Shown: positions 47,150 to 55,452, numbered from the stretch's first letter. The stretch: DNA of 64,000 nt from Candidatus Saccharimonadota bacterium (GCA_017404725.1 JAFRBS010000027.1:349-64348), one strand, 5' to 3'. Program-made: numbers and translations. Notes: generated from the sequence alone by a model not told the origin.

Positions 47150-48756
47150 TGGCCGCAGAAGAAACAAACATTCCGGTAATTCAAGAGGAGACTGAGCAGA
47201 CCGTTCCAATTCAGCAAGAGGCTATCAATATCACGAAACTAGATGGCGCGGTCAATTCTGTTAATGGGATGGAAGGTGATGTCGTCTTGACTGCGGCGGA
47301 TGTCGGAGCTTTGCCTGACGATACTTTTATTCCAACAACGACCTCGGAGCTTGAAAATGACGCCGGATTTATTACCGACGCAGATGTTCCGAGCCGAACC
47401 TCGCAGCTCGTGAACGATAGTGGCTTTATCACTAGTGCGGCAGTTCCGACCAAAGTTTCTCAGCTCACAAACGACTCAGGCTACGCTACAACCAGTTCAG
47501 TTGAGAGTTTGGTCGAGTCGGAAGAAACGGCACGTCAGAACGCCGACACGGAGCTCCAGACGGCAATTTCTAATGAAACTTCCGCCAGACAAACAGCCGT
47601 GTCAAACGAGGCAGAGGCTCGCGAAGACGCTGATAATACTCTGCACCAAGAAATCGTGACCGAGGCCAATACTAGATCTACCAACGACACCAGAATTGAA
47701 GATGCGCTTCAGGAGGAAGCTGAGACTCGCGGAATTGAAGATGCGACGATTTTAGCGGAAATTGAAAACGAGGCAGAGGCTCGCGAAGACGCTGACCAAG
47801 CCATCAGCGCTAAACTTGACGCCACAACCTATATGCAAGATTTGACCATGAGCGCCGACGCTAACTCAGTTAGCTTCGTAGAGCATAAAAAGAACCTTGG
47901 AACCGGAGAAACTTCTACCGAAACTGATACTATTCCGGCCGCTTCGGCTACTTCAGCCGGTATTTTAACTTCCGCCGCCTACCAGTCCATCCAGAACTCG
48001 CAGGACCGCTTAGACGCGCTGGCAAACGGCGCGGTTGCGATTACTGGGCTTCCGGCTGAACCGACGCAGGCGCAACTGACTGCCGCGTGGAAAACTGCGA
48101 CCGGGTTGACTGACTTAATCAACCGTGCGAGCATATGGGACAACACTAATCAGAAAACTTGGACTTATTTTGAAAATACCGAATCTTGGATTGTGACCGG
48201 AACCGCAACGGCTGAGGTCGTCGTCAATACGGCGACAAACAGCTCGCTTGGGGTCGTTAAGGGCGATGCTTCGACTTCTGGCAAGGTTTTTGTGGAACAG
48301 GACGGCTCAATGTCGGTCAACGGCTGGGATGATGCCCAGAGCGCCATTGCAAATAAAGCCAACCAGAGCGCACTAGACACGCTCAGCGGAACGGTGGCGA
48401 CCAATACTAGCAACATTTCTTCGCTTCAGTCCGCTATGGCTGATAAGGCAGACGCTTCGGCTATTCCTACGGCTACTTCCGAGCTGAATAACGATAGCGA
48501 TTTCGTTTCGGACGCTAACTACGTCCACACCGACAATAACTACACAACAGCCGAGAAAAACAAGTTGGCCGCAATGCCGGCGATTACTGGCGTGATTGAC
48601 AACTTGACTTCAACTTCCGCGACAAATCCGCTTTCAGCGAACCAAGGCAAGATTCTGAATGACAAGTTCGCTAGCTATTCTACGACGGCTCAGATGAATG
48701 CGGCAATTCAGTCGGCGATTGACAATATCACTGATTATGACGAGGAGAGCTTCTAA
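47149..48756 (+). CDS. Tail fibre protein with SxLxNDxGF/Y repeats and a coiled coil
   Basis: TSELENDAGFIT, TSQLVNDSGFIT, VSQLTNDSGYAT and TSELNNDSDFVS. A duplicated AACGAGGCAGAGGCTCGCGAAGACGCTGA occurs at about 47606 and 47768. Confidence 0.75.
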   Translation: MAAEETNIPVIQEETEQTVPIQQEAINITKLDGAVNSVNGMEGDVVLTAADVGALPDDTFIPTTTSELENDAGFITDADVPSRTSQLVNDSGFITSAAVPTKVSQLTNDSGYATTSSVESLVESEETARQNADTELQTAISNETSARQTAVSNEAEAREDADNTLHQEIVTEANTRSTNDTRIEDALQEEAETRGIEDATILAEIENEAEAREDADQAISAKLDATTYMQDLTMSADANSVSFVEHKKNLGTGETSTETDTIPAASATSAGILTSAAYQSIQNSQDRLDALANGAVAITGLPAEPTQAQLTAAWKTATGLTDLINRASIWDNTNQKTWTYFENTESWIVTGTATAEVVVNTATNSSLGVVKGDASTSGKVFVEQDGSMSVNGWDDAQSAIANKANQSALDTLSGTVATNTSNISSLQSAMADKADASAIPTATSELNNDSDFVSDANYVHTDNNYTTAEKNKLAAMPAITGVIDNLTSTSATNPLSANQGKILNDKFASYSTTAQMNAAIQSAIDNITDYDEESF

Positions 48757-49970
48757 TGGCAAAAGGGCTCGTATCAGATACCAACCTAACAGCCATCGCT
48801 AACGCTATTCGGGCCAAAAATGGCGAATCAGACGCTTATACTCCGGCTGAGATGGCGCAAGCGATTTCTGATATTCCGACTTCGCAGGTGGACCAAGAAT
48901 CCGCGCTAAAATATATGCTCGAAAATAAGACGGATTACACCGGAATCGCTGCTGGATTGACTACTCTGACGGAGTTACCAGAGTTCACCCAGCCAAGTGG
49001 GGTTAAAAATTTTTACGGCGCATTCTCGAACTGCCGTAGTCTGCAAAGAATAGAACATTTAGATGTTTCGTCTTCAAATTCTTCATTTCAGAATATGTTT
49101 TACTACTGCCAGAATCTAACTTATGTGCCCGACCTTGACACGGTTGGTTCTGGTTCTAGATCGGCAGAGAGCATGTTTTACTACTGCCAAAGCTTGGCTA
49201 ATTTACCCGCATTGAAATGGACTACATTTAACTCATGTCGCAACATGCTTTGTCGAGTGCCAATAATTAGTTTTGACGAAACGATTTCGGTTTCTGGAAC
49301 GTATAGTGGTATCGAGAATTTTGCGTCGATGTTCTCGGGTTGCACTAGTTTAAATTCTGTGACTCTGCGTGGGCGTGGTTTTAAGCCAACGGTTAATTTT
49401 GCGTCGATGTTCTCGGGTTGTACTAGTTTAACTTCTGTAGAATTTTTGCAACACCCCAGTGTATCGGCTTCAGCTTCCATAATTAAACCGACAACTAGTA
49501 CTAACTGCGCAAGTATGTTCTATAATTGCTCATCGCTGTCTAATATTTCCAGCAGTGTCACAGATATTGTTTTAGTCGCTGGGGTCCCAACAGTAACCAC
49601 TTCGATGTTCTCGGGTTGTACTAGTTTAACTAGCATAGCTCTCGGGTCTAATATGAATTCAGCTACTAACTGCGCAGGGATGTTTAAGGGTTGTGCAAAG
49701 CTAGTCGATGTGGCACAGATGAACTTATCAGCCGTTAGTAGCGATGAATATAGCACCGCGGGGTATGGCACTAGTGGTATGTTTCAAAACTGTCCAGCTC
49801 TATCCAGTGATGCGCTCAATAATATTCTTGCTTCCCTAACGACAGCGTCCAAAATTACGACAAATAAGACTCTCAAATACATTGGTCTCACATCCGCTCA
49901 AGCTACGACCTGCACTGGCTTGTCAAACTGGGCGGCACTATCAGCGGCAGGGTGGACAACGGGGTACTAA
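48756..49970 (+). CDS. BspA-type leucine-rich-repeat protein (DUF285-like), probable receptor-binding protein
   Basis: Repeats FASMFSGCTSLNSV, FASMFSGCTSLTSV, CASMFYNCSSLSNI, TSMFSGCTSLTSI, CAGMFKGCAKLVDV and SGMFQNCPALSS. Confidence 0.7.
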   Translation: MAKGLVSDTNLTAIANAIRAKNGESDAYTPAEMAQAISDIPTSQVDQESALKYMLENKTDYTGIAAGLTTLTELPEFTQPSGVKNFYGAFSNCRSLQRIEHLDVSSSNSSFQNMFYYCQNLTYVPDLDTVGSGSRSAESMFYYCQSLANLPALKWTTFNSCRNMLCRVPIISFDETISVSGTYSGIENFASMFSGCTSLNSVTLRGRGFKPTVNFASMFSGCTSLTSVEFLQHPSVSASASIIKPTTSTNCASMFYNCSSLSNISSSVTDIVLVAGVPTVTTSMFSGCTSLTSIALGSNMNSATNCAGMFKGCAKLVDVAQMNLSAVSSDEYSTAGYGTSGMFQNCPALSSDALNNILASLTTASKITTNKTLKYIGLTSAQATTCTGLSNWAALSAAGWTTGY

Positions 49971-49971
49971 G

Positions 49972-50271
49972 ATGAGCGATGCAGTAATTGTCGGAATTAT
50001 CAGCGTGGTCGGGTCAATCGTGGTCCAGCTTATCGTTTCGGCGTCCAAGACACGTGAGACAAACGCCACGCTGGCCACACATGAACAGAAACAGCAGGAT
50101 GCTATTGAAGACGTCAAGAAAGAGATGGTGGAAGTCAAGAAACGGCTAGATTCGCATAATGGCTACGCCGAGAAATTTGCCGACGCTAAGAAAGATATTG
50201 CCTTGACGCAAAGAGACGTGGAGTTCATCAAAGAGCAGCTTAAAAATATGCAGATGTGCAAAACTAAATAA
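49972..50271 (+). CDS. N-terminally anchored coiled-coil protein (holin/lysis-associated candidate)
   Basis: Start MSDAVIVGIISVVGSIVVQLIVSA (TM segment), followed by a charged coiled coil. Confidence 0.4.
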   Translation: MSDAVIVGIISVVGSIVVQLIVSASKTRETNATLATHEQKQQDAIEDVKKEMVEVKKRLDSHNGYAEKFADAKKDIALTQRDVEFIKEQLKNMQMCKTK

Positions 50272-50334
50272 TATGGACCGCTCCGGCGAGTAGCCGGAAA
50301 AGTCCACCAAAAAATTGCAAAGGGGGTGCACCTT

Positions 50335-50553
50335 ATGCTGGAACTAAGAGCTAAAATCATCGAAAAGGATGACGCGCGCCGGAATGAACTATTAAAAAGC
50401 CTTGGGCGGCATAGCGGAGTTGAGGTGGTTGTCGTAGATGACCAGATCCAAATTAGCCTGACCGGTGGCGCTAACGAAACTCGCGAATTTGCTGACTTGA
50501 TGCGGGTTTGCGAGATGTGCGAGTGCCATATGTTCCAACTCAGAAAGAGGTAG
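50335..50553 (+). CDS. Phage hypothetical protein
   Basis: AAGGGGG RBS, 72 aa, followed by the hairpin AGGTAGGC-TTCG-GCCTGCCT. Confidence 0.45.
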   Translation: MLELRAKIIEKDDARRNELLKSLGRHSGVEVVVVDDQIQISLTGGANETREFADLMRVCEMCECHMFQLRKR

Positions 50554-50580
50554 GCTTCGGCCTGCCTCTAATTTTACCTA

Positions 50581-50609
50581 TTGACTTTTTTGGAAAAGTG
50601 CGATACAAT
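50581..50609 (+). promoter_or_regulatory. Sigma70-type promoter TTGACT-17-TACAAT
   Basis: TTGACT at 50581-50586 and TACAAT at 50604-50609. Followed by a leader of about 190 nt before ATG 50800. Confidence 0.55.
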
Positions 50610-50799
50610 AGAGGTAGTTTAGATAGTCACTTAAACACTCCGCCGGAGAGATTTGGTGGGGTGTTTTAATCCCCACCGTAAACCGGATAATTTAGGTAAT
50701 ATGAGCCAGCTTTTCCGCGCTCTGGAAATGTTGACTCACTAACCGCCAAGAACCTGAAGAGCGGAGGTAATTTTGACGGCTAAATAAAGGAGGTAATTT

Positions 50800-51108
50800 A
50801 TGGGGATGGAAAGAATCCAATCAATGACATCAATGAGAATCAATGAAATTTTTCTTAAGAAAAATTCAATGAAGTCAATGATAGCCAATGAGAAAAAATC
50901 TGCTAGAGCAAGGTCAACAGAGATGACCGCCGACCGACTTGTGGAAATCTTTAACGCACCGCAGAGTCGAAACTTCTTCTTAAAATGTGCTTGGCACTTG
51001 AGTGAAGACCAAATCTGGACGGCTGTGGAAAACTCTCAAAGGAAGAAAATCAAGAGTCCAGTCAAATATTTCGTAGCCTGTTGCTCTAAAGAGCTAGCCA
51101 AGATTTAG
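50800..51108 (+). CDS. Phage hypothetical protein next to the integrase (regulator candidate)
   Basis: AAGGAGG RBS. The C-terminal KKIKSPVKYFVACCSKEL resembles the ends of DnaD/replisome-organiser-type DNA-binding domains; this is a weak match. Confidence 0.4.
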   Translation: MGMERIQSMTSMRINEIFLKKNSMKSMIANEKKSARARSTEMTADRLVEIFNAPQSRNFFLKCAWHLSEDQIWTAVENSQRKKIKSPVKYFVACCSKELAKI

Positions 51109-51158
51109 GATGATGCCCTTCCCGCCTTTATTAAATTAAAGGGTGGGGAGGAGTAAAA

Positions 51159-52025
51159 ATGAAAATCAGCGAGGCGTTTGCGGAATATCGTGAATCGGAA
51201 ATCATCGCGGCCAATTTATCAAGTAAGACTTTAGAGTCTTACTTTTATTCTGAAAAAAGAGCTATTGAATACTTCGGTGATGTCGGAATAGAAACTCTAA
51301 CGGCACCGGACGTCCGAAGCTATTATGAGCACTTATTAACATGGCAGAAACCCGATACGGCTCGTGGAAATATCGTTTGTCTTCGCGCCGTCGTGAAATT
51401 ATGCCGCCGAAACAATCTTGATGTTTTAGATCCGGAGCTGATTAAAGTTCCGAAACGCGAAAAGCGTATTATAAACTATCTAACAGAGCAGGAAGTTCAA
51501 AGATTTGTCGAGGTAGTCGGCGCACCACAACGTGGATATTCCCTACTAAACCGTCAGCGCAATGTCTTAATCGTGAAACTTTTGTACTCAACCGGACTTC
51601 GCGTAGGTGAGTTATGCCGGCTGAATCGGAACTCGTTTCGCAACCGTCAAGCGGCGATTTATGGGAAATCTAAACTACCGCGTCCGGTCTATATTCCCAA
51701 AGATGTGGAAAACTTGATTGAGCAATATCTAAAAAATCGTGATGACTCGGAGCCAGCGCTGTTGATTTCCGAGCATACTGGTAAAAGAATCACGCCTGGA
51801 ACAGTCCGTTTAGTATTCCGAAACGCTTGCGCAAGGTCTGAATTTGAAAACATCCATCCGCATACCCTCCGACATTCTTTCGCCACAAAAATGTTAGATA
51901 AGGAAGTTGACCTGCGCTATATCGCTGATTTGATGGGCCACGAGAGCCTAGACACAACCAGAATTTATACCCATTATACAAATCCAAAACTGAGGTCAAT
52001 ATACGATAGGGTGTGGAAAACTTAA
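51159..52025 (+). CDS. int: Tyrosine recombinase/integrase (XerC/D-like, 288 aa)
   Basis: Catalytic residues in TGLRVGEL, HTLRHSFAT, GHESLDTT and IYTHY. Adjacent to attR. Confidence 0.9.
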   Translation: MKISEAFAEYRESEIIAANLSSKTLESYFYSEKRAIEYFGDVGIETLTAPDVRSYYEHLLTWQKPDTARGNIVCLRAVVKLCRRNNLDVLDPELIKVPKREKRIINYLTEQEVQRFVEVVGAPQRGYSLLNRQRNVLIVKLLYSTGLRVGELCRLNRNSFRNRQAAIYGKSKLPRPVYIPKDVENLIEQYLKNRDDSEPALLISEHTGKRITPGTVRLVFRNACARSEFENIHPHTLRHSFATKMLDKEVDLRYIADLMGHESLDTTRIYTHYTNPKLRSIYDRVWKT

Positions 52026-52048
52026 CAAAAAATTAAGCGTAAAAAGTA

Positions 52049-52077
52049 TTGACTTTTTTGCGCTTATGGTGTATAGT
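52049..52077 (+). promoter_or_regulatory. Strong outward-facing promoter TTGACT-17-TATAGT between int and attR
   Basis: TTGACT at 52049-52054 and TATAGT at 52072-52077. Points across the att core, antisense to tRNA-Gly. Confidence 0.5.
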
Positions 52078-52129
52078 TTAGCTAGAATAGCACGTTGAAA
52101 TACCAACTAGCAACCAACTTAAATTGTCT

Positions 52130-52176
52130 TGGTGCGGGCGAAGAGACTCAAACTCTCGACCTCTTCCTTGGCAAGG
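52130..52176. repeat. attR core (47 bp, from the anticodon loop to the 3' CCA of tRNA-Gly)
   Basis: Exact copy of 21184..21230. Confidence 0.9.
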
Positions 52177-52206
52177 AAGCGCTCTAATCAACTGAGCTAC
52201 GCCCGC
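52130..52206 (-). tRNA. tRNA-Gly (anticodon GCC), intact copy at attR
   Basis: Reverse complement GCGGGCGTAGCTCAGTTGATTAGAGCGCTTCCTTGCCAAGGAAGAGGTCGAGAGTTTGAGTCTCTTCGCCCGCACCA folds as a cloverleaf. 7-bp acceptor stem, anticodon loop TTGCCAA, encoded CCA. Confidence 0.85.
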
Positions 52207-52216
52207 GTCTTTCTCA

Positions 52217-52245
52217 ATTATACTCGATTTTCGTTTCTTTTTCAA
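52217..52245 (-). promoter_or_regulatory. tRNA-Gly promoter TTGAAA-17-TATAAT
   Basis: On the + strand, TTTCAA at 52240-52245 and ATTATA at 52217-52222. The -10 box lies 10 nt from the tRNA 5' end. Confidence 0.5.
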
Positions 52246-52270
52246 GGGTTTTGTGATAAAATTGTGATAT

Positions 52271-52344
52271 GGTGCTATGGCGGAGTGGTTACGCAGCGGT
52301 CTGCAAAACCGCGTACGCCGGTTCAATTCCGGCTGGCACCTCCA
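52271..52344 (+). tRNA. tRNA-Cys (anticodon GCA)
   Basis: GGTGCTA...TGGCACC acceptor stem, anticodon loop CTGCAAA, encoded CCA. TGATAAAAT box 8 nt upstream. Confidence 0.85.
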
Positions 52345-52359
52345 AAATTACTTGAGCGA

Positions 52360-52444
52360 GCCCGAGTGGCGGAATTGGTATACGCGTTCGACTTAAAATC
52401 GAATGGAGCAATCCATATGGGTTCAAGTCCCATCTCGGGCACCA
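52360..52444 (+). tRNA. tRNA-Leu (anticodon TAA)
   Basis: GCCCGAG...CTCGGGC acceptor stem, anticodon loop CTTAAAA, long variable arm, encoded CCA. Confidence 0.85.
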
Positions 52445-52448
52445 AACA

Positions 52449-52474
52449 AAAATCCTCTTGAGGAGGATTTTTTA
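52449..52474 (+). terminator. Rho-independent terminator after the tRNA pair
   Basis: AATCCTC-TTGAG-GAGGATT followed by a T-run. Confidence 0.7.
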
Positions 52475-52789
52475 GTGGGTTTGTTTTTGTACAACGAAAA
52501 ACGCGCCGAGTTTTGGGCGCATTTTTCAAAGTTCTTTCTAGGCTTTTAACAACCTAGCCAGAAACACTCCTTACTCAAGTATCGGGCGGCTCTCAACTTC
52601 GTCCGATCCTTAACTTTATTTTAGCACACCTGGAAAAAATGTCAACATTGATTTTTAACTTTTCTCATGTTTTTATAAAAAGTTTTCCACAGGTCTTTTC
52701 GTTAGGTCGTAACAGAGGAAAACCGAACACTTTTCTCTTGACAATTCCCCGAAATATGTTTATATAATATAGACACGGCGCAAAAAATT

Positions 52790-52798
52790 TGCTAAAAT
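52790..52798 (+). promoter_or_regulatory. Extended -10 (TGCTAAAAT) 6 nt upstream of ATG 52805
   Basis: No SD sequence. A second possible promoter, TTGACA-17-TATATA, lies at 52738-52766. Confidence 0.4.
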
Positions 52799-52804
52799 AG
52801 GTTC

Positions 52805-53479
52805 ATGATAAAGCGAGGTAAAAAGTTTTCTTTCGCCAAGTGGCTTGACGAGTGGGGGCTTGCCGCACGCGGAATTTTACTGGCGACGAAGGCGCCGAGA
52901 TTTTGGGCATTTTTTGTCCCAGTATTTCTAATTTTCGGGACGCTACTTAATCTTCTCTCCGGCGGAACGGCGGCGTTTTCTCTCATGGGCGCGTCGGATT
53001 TTGGCGGGGTTCTGAAAATTATTTTCGACGCGATGCTTGGGCTTTTCGGGGTAAATTCCAGCGGTTTTTTGGACTGGCTGCTGATATTCTCCGTTGCGCT
53101 TCTTCAGGCGACGCTAATCGGGATGATCGCGATCGTCTGGAGGCATAATAAGGAGCAGGCGGCAAAGCAGAAGGCGGAAAATCCAAACTCCGAGGCGATA
53201 TCTGGGCTGCAGAATTCAGGAATCGTGGCTGGGCTGGCGATTTTAGGGAGCGGCTGCCCGACCTGCGGGACGGCGCTTCTGACCCCGATTATTAGCGCAA
53301 TTTTTTCGGGCGGAAGCGTGGCGATCGCGGGGGCGCTGTCCGGAATTGTGACGGCGATAGCAATTATCGTGGCGATTTTTGCTTTAAGGAAGGTTGGGCT
53401 AGATATATATGCTATAATAACTACTAAGAAGCGTGAAAAGCGCAAGAAGGAGGAACATGAAGGCGAAAAAAGTAATTAG
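52805..53479 (+). CDS. Integral membrane protein with an intramembrane CPTC motif (possible redox partner of the downstream DsbA-like protein)
   Basis: About 5 hydrophobic helices. The only two Cys residues lie in GSGCPTCGTALLTPI. Its end overlaps the next gene. Confidence 0.6.
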   Translation: MIKRGKKFSFAKWLDEWGLAARGILLATKAPRFWAFFVPVFLIFGTLLNLLSGGTAAFSLMGASDFGGVLKIIFDAMLGLFGVNSSGFLDWLLIFSVALLQATLIGMIAIVWRHNKEQAAKQKAENPNSEAISGLQNSGIVAGLAILGSGCPTCGTALLTPIISAIFSGGSVAIAGALSGIVTAIAIIVAIFALRKVGLDIYAIITTKKREKRKKEEHEGEKSN

Positions 53480-54164
53480 AATCGTGGCGCTAGTCTTAAT
53501 CGGGGCAGTAATTTTAGCGTTGATCGTTTTTAGCTCGCTTAAAGGCTCGTCTAATGAAGAAAAAGTTTGGGACGCGCGGACGACAATCGGCGAGATGAAC
53601 GCGAAAAATTATTACGTCATGTATACAGACCTGGCTTGTCCGTATTGTAGCGTTTTTTCGCGAAGTATCATGGAGAATGAGGAGGAGTTTAAGCGCGATT
53701 ACATCGAGGGGGAGCATATTCTTTTCGAGGTGCGCGTGACGGATTTTCTGTATGAATATGGCGAACATCGGACGGGGATGTCGCGTTGGGGGGCGACGGG
53801 GACGTACTGTGCGACGCAGAAAGACAAATTCTGGGACTATTATCATCAAGCGCTGAAATCCCTCTGGGAAGATTACCATTCGAAGGGTATCGGCACGTCG
53901 AAAACCGCGCCACAAATCGAGGGGATGACAAAAGATTACTGGGTTACGATCGGGGAGAAAGTCGGCATGGACGGCGCAGAGCTAGCGAGCTGTATGGATT
54001 CCGGCGAAACGGCCGAGGCGGTTGAGAAGATGACCGCGAAAGCGGCGAAAGCTGTCGATGGGATGCCGTATTTTGCCTTTAACAACTTCAAAACCGGCGG
54101 GTTTAACGACACCTGGGGCTGGGACTACGTCAAACAATATCTTGATGCGGGTCTGAAGAGGTAG
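53457..54164 (+). CDS. DsbA-like thioredoxin-fold thiol:disulfide oxidoreductase, membrane-anchored
   Basis: Start MKAKKVIRIVALVLIGAVILALIVF behind AAGGAGG. Active site DLACPYCSVF. Confidence 0.75.
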   Translation: MKAKKVIRIVALVLIGAVILALIVFSSLKGSSNEEKVWDARTTIGEMNAKNYYVMYTDLACPYCSVFSRSIMENEEEFKRDYIEGEHILFEVRVTDFLYEYGEHRTGMSRWGATGTYCATQKDKFWDYYHQALKSLWEDYHSKGIGTSKTAPQIEGMTKDYWVTIGEKVGMDGAELASCMDSGETAEAVEKMTAKAAKAVDGMPYFAFNNFKTGGFNDTWGWDYVKQYLDAGLKR

Positions 54165-54168
54165 GCGC

Positions 54169-55452
54169 TTAAAGCGGTTTTTCTTCGCCGGTCTCAAAAT
54201 CTTTGATCTTTAAGTTGCCGGATTTTACTTCTTCTTCGCCTATGACAATGCCGGATTTCGCGATTTTTGCGGCGTGGGTTAATTTCTGGCCTAATTTCTT
54301 ATCGGTCAGGATCACGTCGGTAGCATAACCCTTCTCGCGCAAGGCTTTCGCGAGTTTCAGGGCATAGCCGTGTTCATTTTCGGAAATCGGGACCAGAGCG
54401 ACGTCGACTGAGCTTTTTAGATTTTTCTCGAGTAAGCCGTTTTCGTCTAAGATAGAAAATAGCCGAGTTAGGCCGATCGAGCCGCCGACGCCTGGGAATT
54501 TCTGGTCGGAATAATGCGCAGTCAAGTTTTCGTAGCGGCCACCGGAGCAGACCGAGCCAAGTTTCAGATAATCTGGCAAGAAAGTTTCAAAAACCGTGCC
54601 GGTATAATAATCTAGACCGCGGACGATTAGCATATCGCCAATCGCCTCGACATTTTCAGATTCGAGCGTGCCAAGAACTTCGGAAAGCTCGTCTACGCCC
54701 TCTCTAAAGATCTCATTTTCGATATTTAAGGCGTTCAGCTTTTCTATGACCTCAGATTTTTGACCCTTGATAGCCATAAACTTATTTATTAAATCTATTT
54801 GACTTTCTATCAAGTTTATTTCGTTTAGGGATTGCTGGGTCTTTTCTGGGGCGACCTTCTCGGAGTGGTCGATAATACTAAAGACGTCTTTCGCCTTCTC
54901 TTGGAGGTTTTGAGAAGCGATTAGGCCGCTTAAGATTTTACGGTTCGAGAGGCGGATGACCATTTTTGGCTTCAAGAAGGTTTTAAGCGCGTCATACAGG
55001 GTCGTGATGATTTCTGCATCATATGCGACCGGCAGACTCTCGCGGCCAAGGATGTCGATGTCTAGCTGGTAAAATTCGCGGAAACGGCCTTTTTGGGCAC
55101 GCTCGCCACGAAAGTTCTTCCCTGCCTGAGCGACCCGAAACGGAAAACTGAGATCGCTTTCGTGCTCGGCGATGTAACGGGCGAGCGGAACGGTATGATC
55201 GAAGCGCAAAGCCTGGTCCGCATCCTCGGCAGTTTCGTTAGTTTTAATAACCTTATAAATCTGTTTTTCGGTATCGCCGCCGGCTTTGGCGAATAAAATT
55301 TCGCTGCGGTCGATCGTCGGGGTTTCGATCCTTAGAAAACCATGTTTTCTGTATACTTCCTCGATTTTCCGCTTGATTTCGTCAAAAACCAGCTGCTTCT
55401 CGGGCAGAAGTTCCTGCATCCCAGAAATTGGCGAGGTATTTAACTTTTTCAT
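54169..55452 (-). CDS. hisS: Histidine--tRNA ligase
   Basis: Class II motifs GMQELLPEK, FLRIETPT, FRGERAQKGRFREFYQ, RGLDYYTGTVFE and GGRY. Confidence 0.9.
   Translation of the reverse strand: MKKLNTSPISGMQELLPEKQLVFDEIKRKIEEVYRKHGFLRIETPTIDRSEILFAKAGGDTEKQIYKVIKTNETAEDADQALRFDHTVPLARYIAEHESDLSFPFRVAQAGKNFRGERAQKGRFREFYQLDIDILGRESLPVAYDAEIITTLYDALKTFLKPKMVIRLSNRKILSGLIASQNLQEKAKDVFSIIDHSEKVAPEKTQQSLNEINLIESQIDLINKFMAIKGQKSEVIEKLNALNIENEIFREGVDELSEVLGTLESENVEAIGDMLIVRGLDYYTGTVFETFLPDYLKLGSVCSGGRYENLTAHYSDQKFPGVGGSIGLTRLFSILDENGLLEKNLKSSVDVALVPISENEHGYALKLAKALREKGYATDVILTDKKLGQKLTHAAKIAKSGIVIGEEEVKSGNLKIKDFETGEEKPL

Larger units (their letters stand above)
21184..52176 (+). mobile_element. Integrated siphovirus-like prophage (about 31 kb) in tRNA-Gly(GCC)
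   Basis: Bounded by 47-bp att repeats, with a tyrosine integrase next to attR. Carries ERF recombinase, Xis-like HTH, VRR-NUC, ParB-methylase, terminase, protease-capsid, tape measure, portal-MuF, fibres and CHAP lysin. All genes are on the + strand. Confidence 0.9.

Noticed and set aside
47606-47796. Direct repeats in the tail fibre gene as a possible CRISPR-like or tandem array
   Set aside because: There are only two 29-bp copies, inside a coiled-coil coding region (EAEAREDAD duplicated). This is an ordinary intragenic duplication. No CRISPR-like repeat-spacer architecture exists anywhere in the window.
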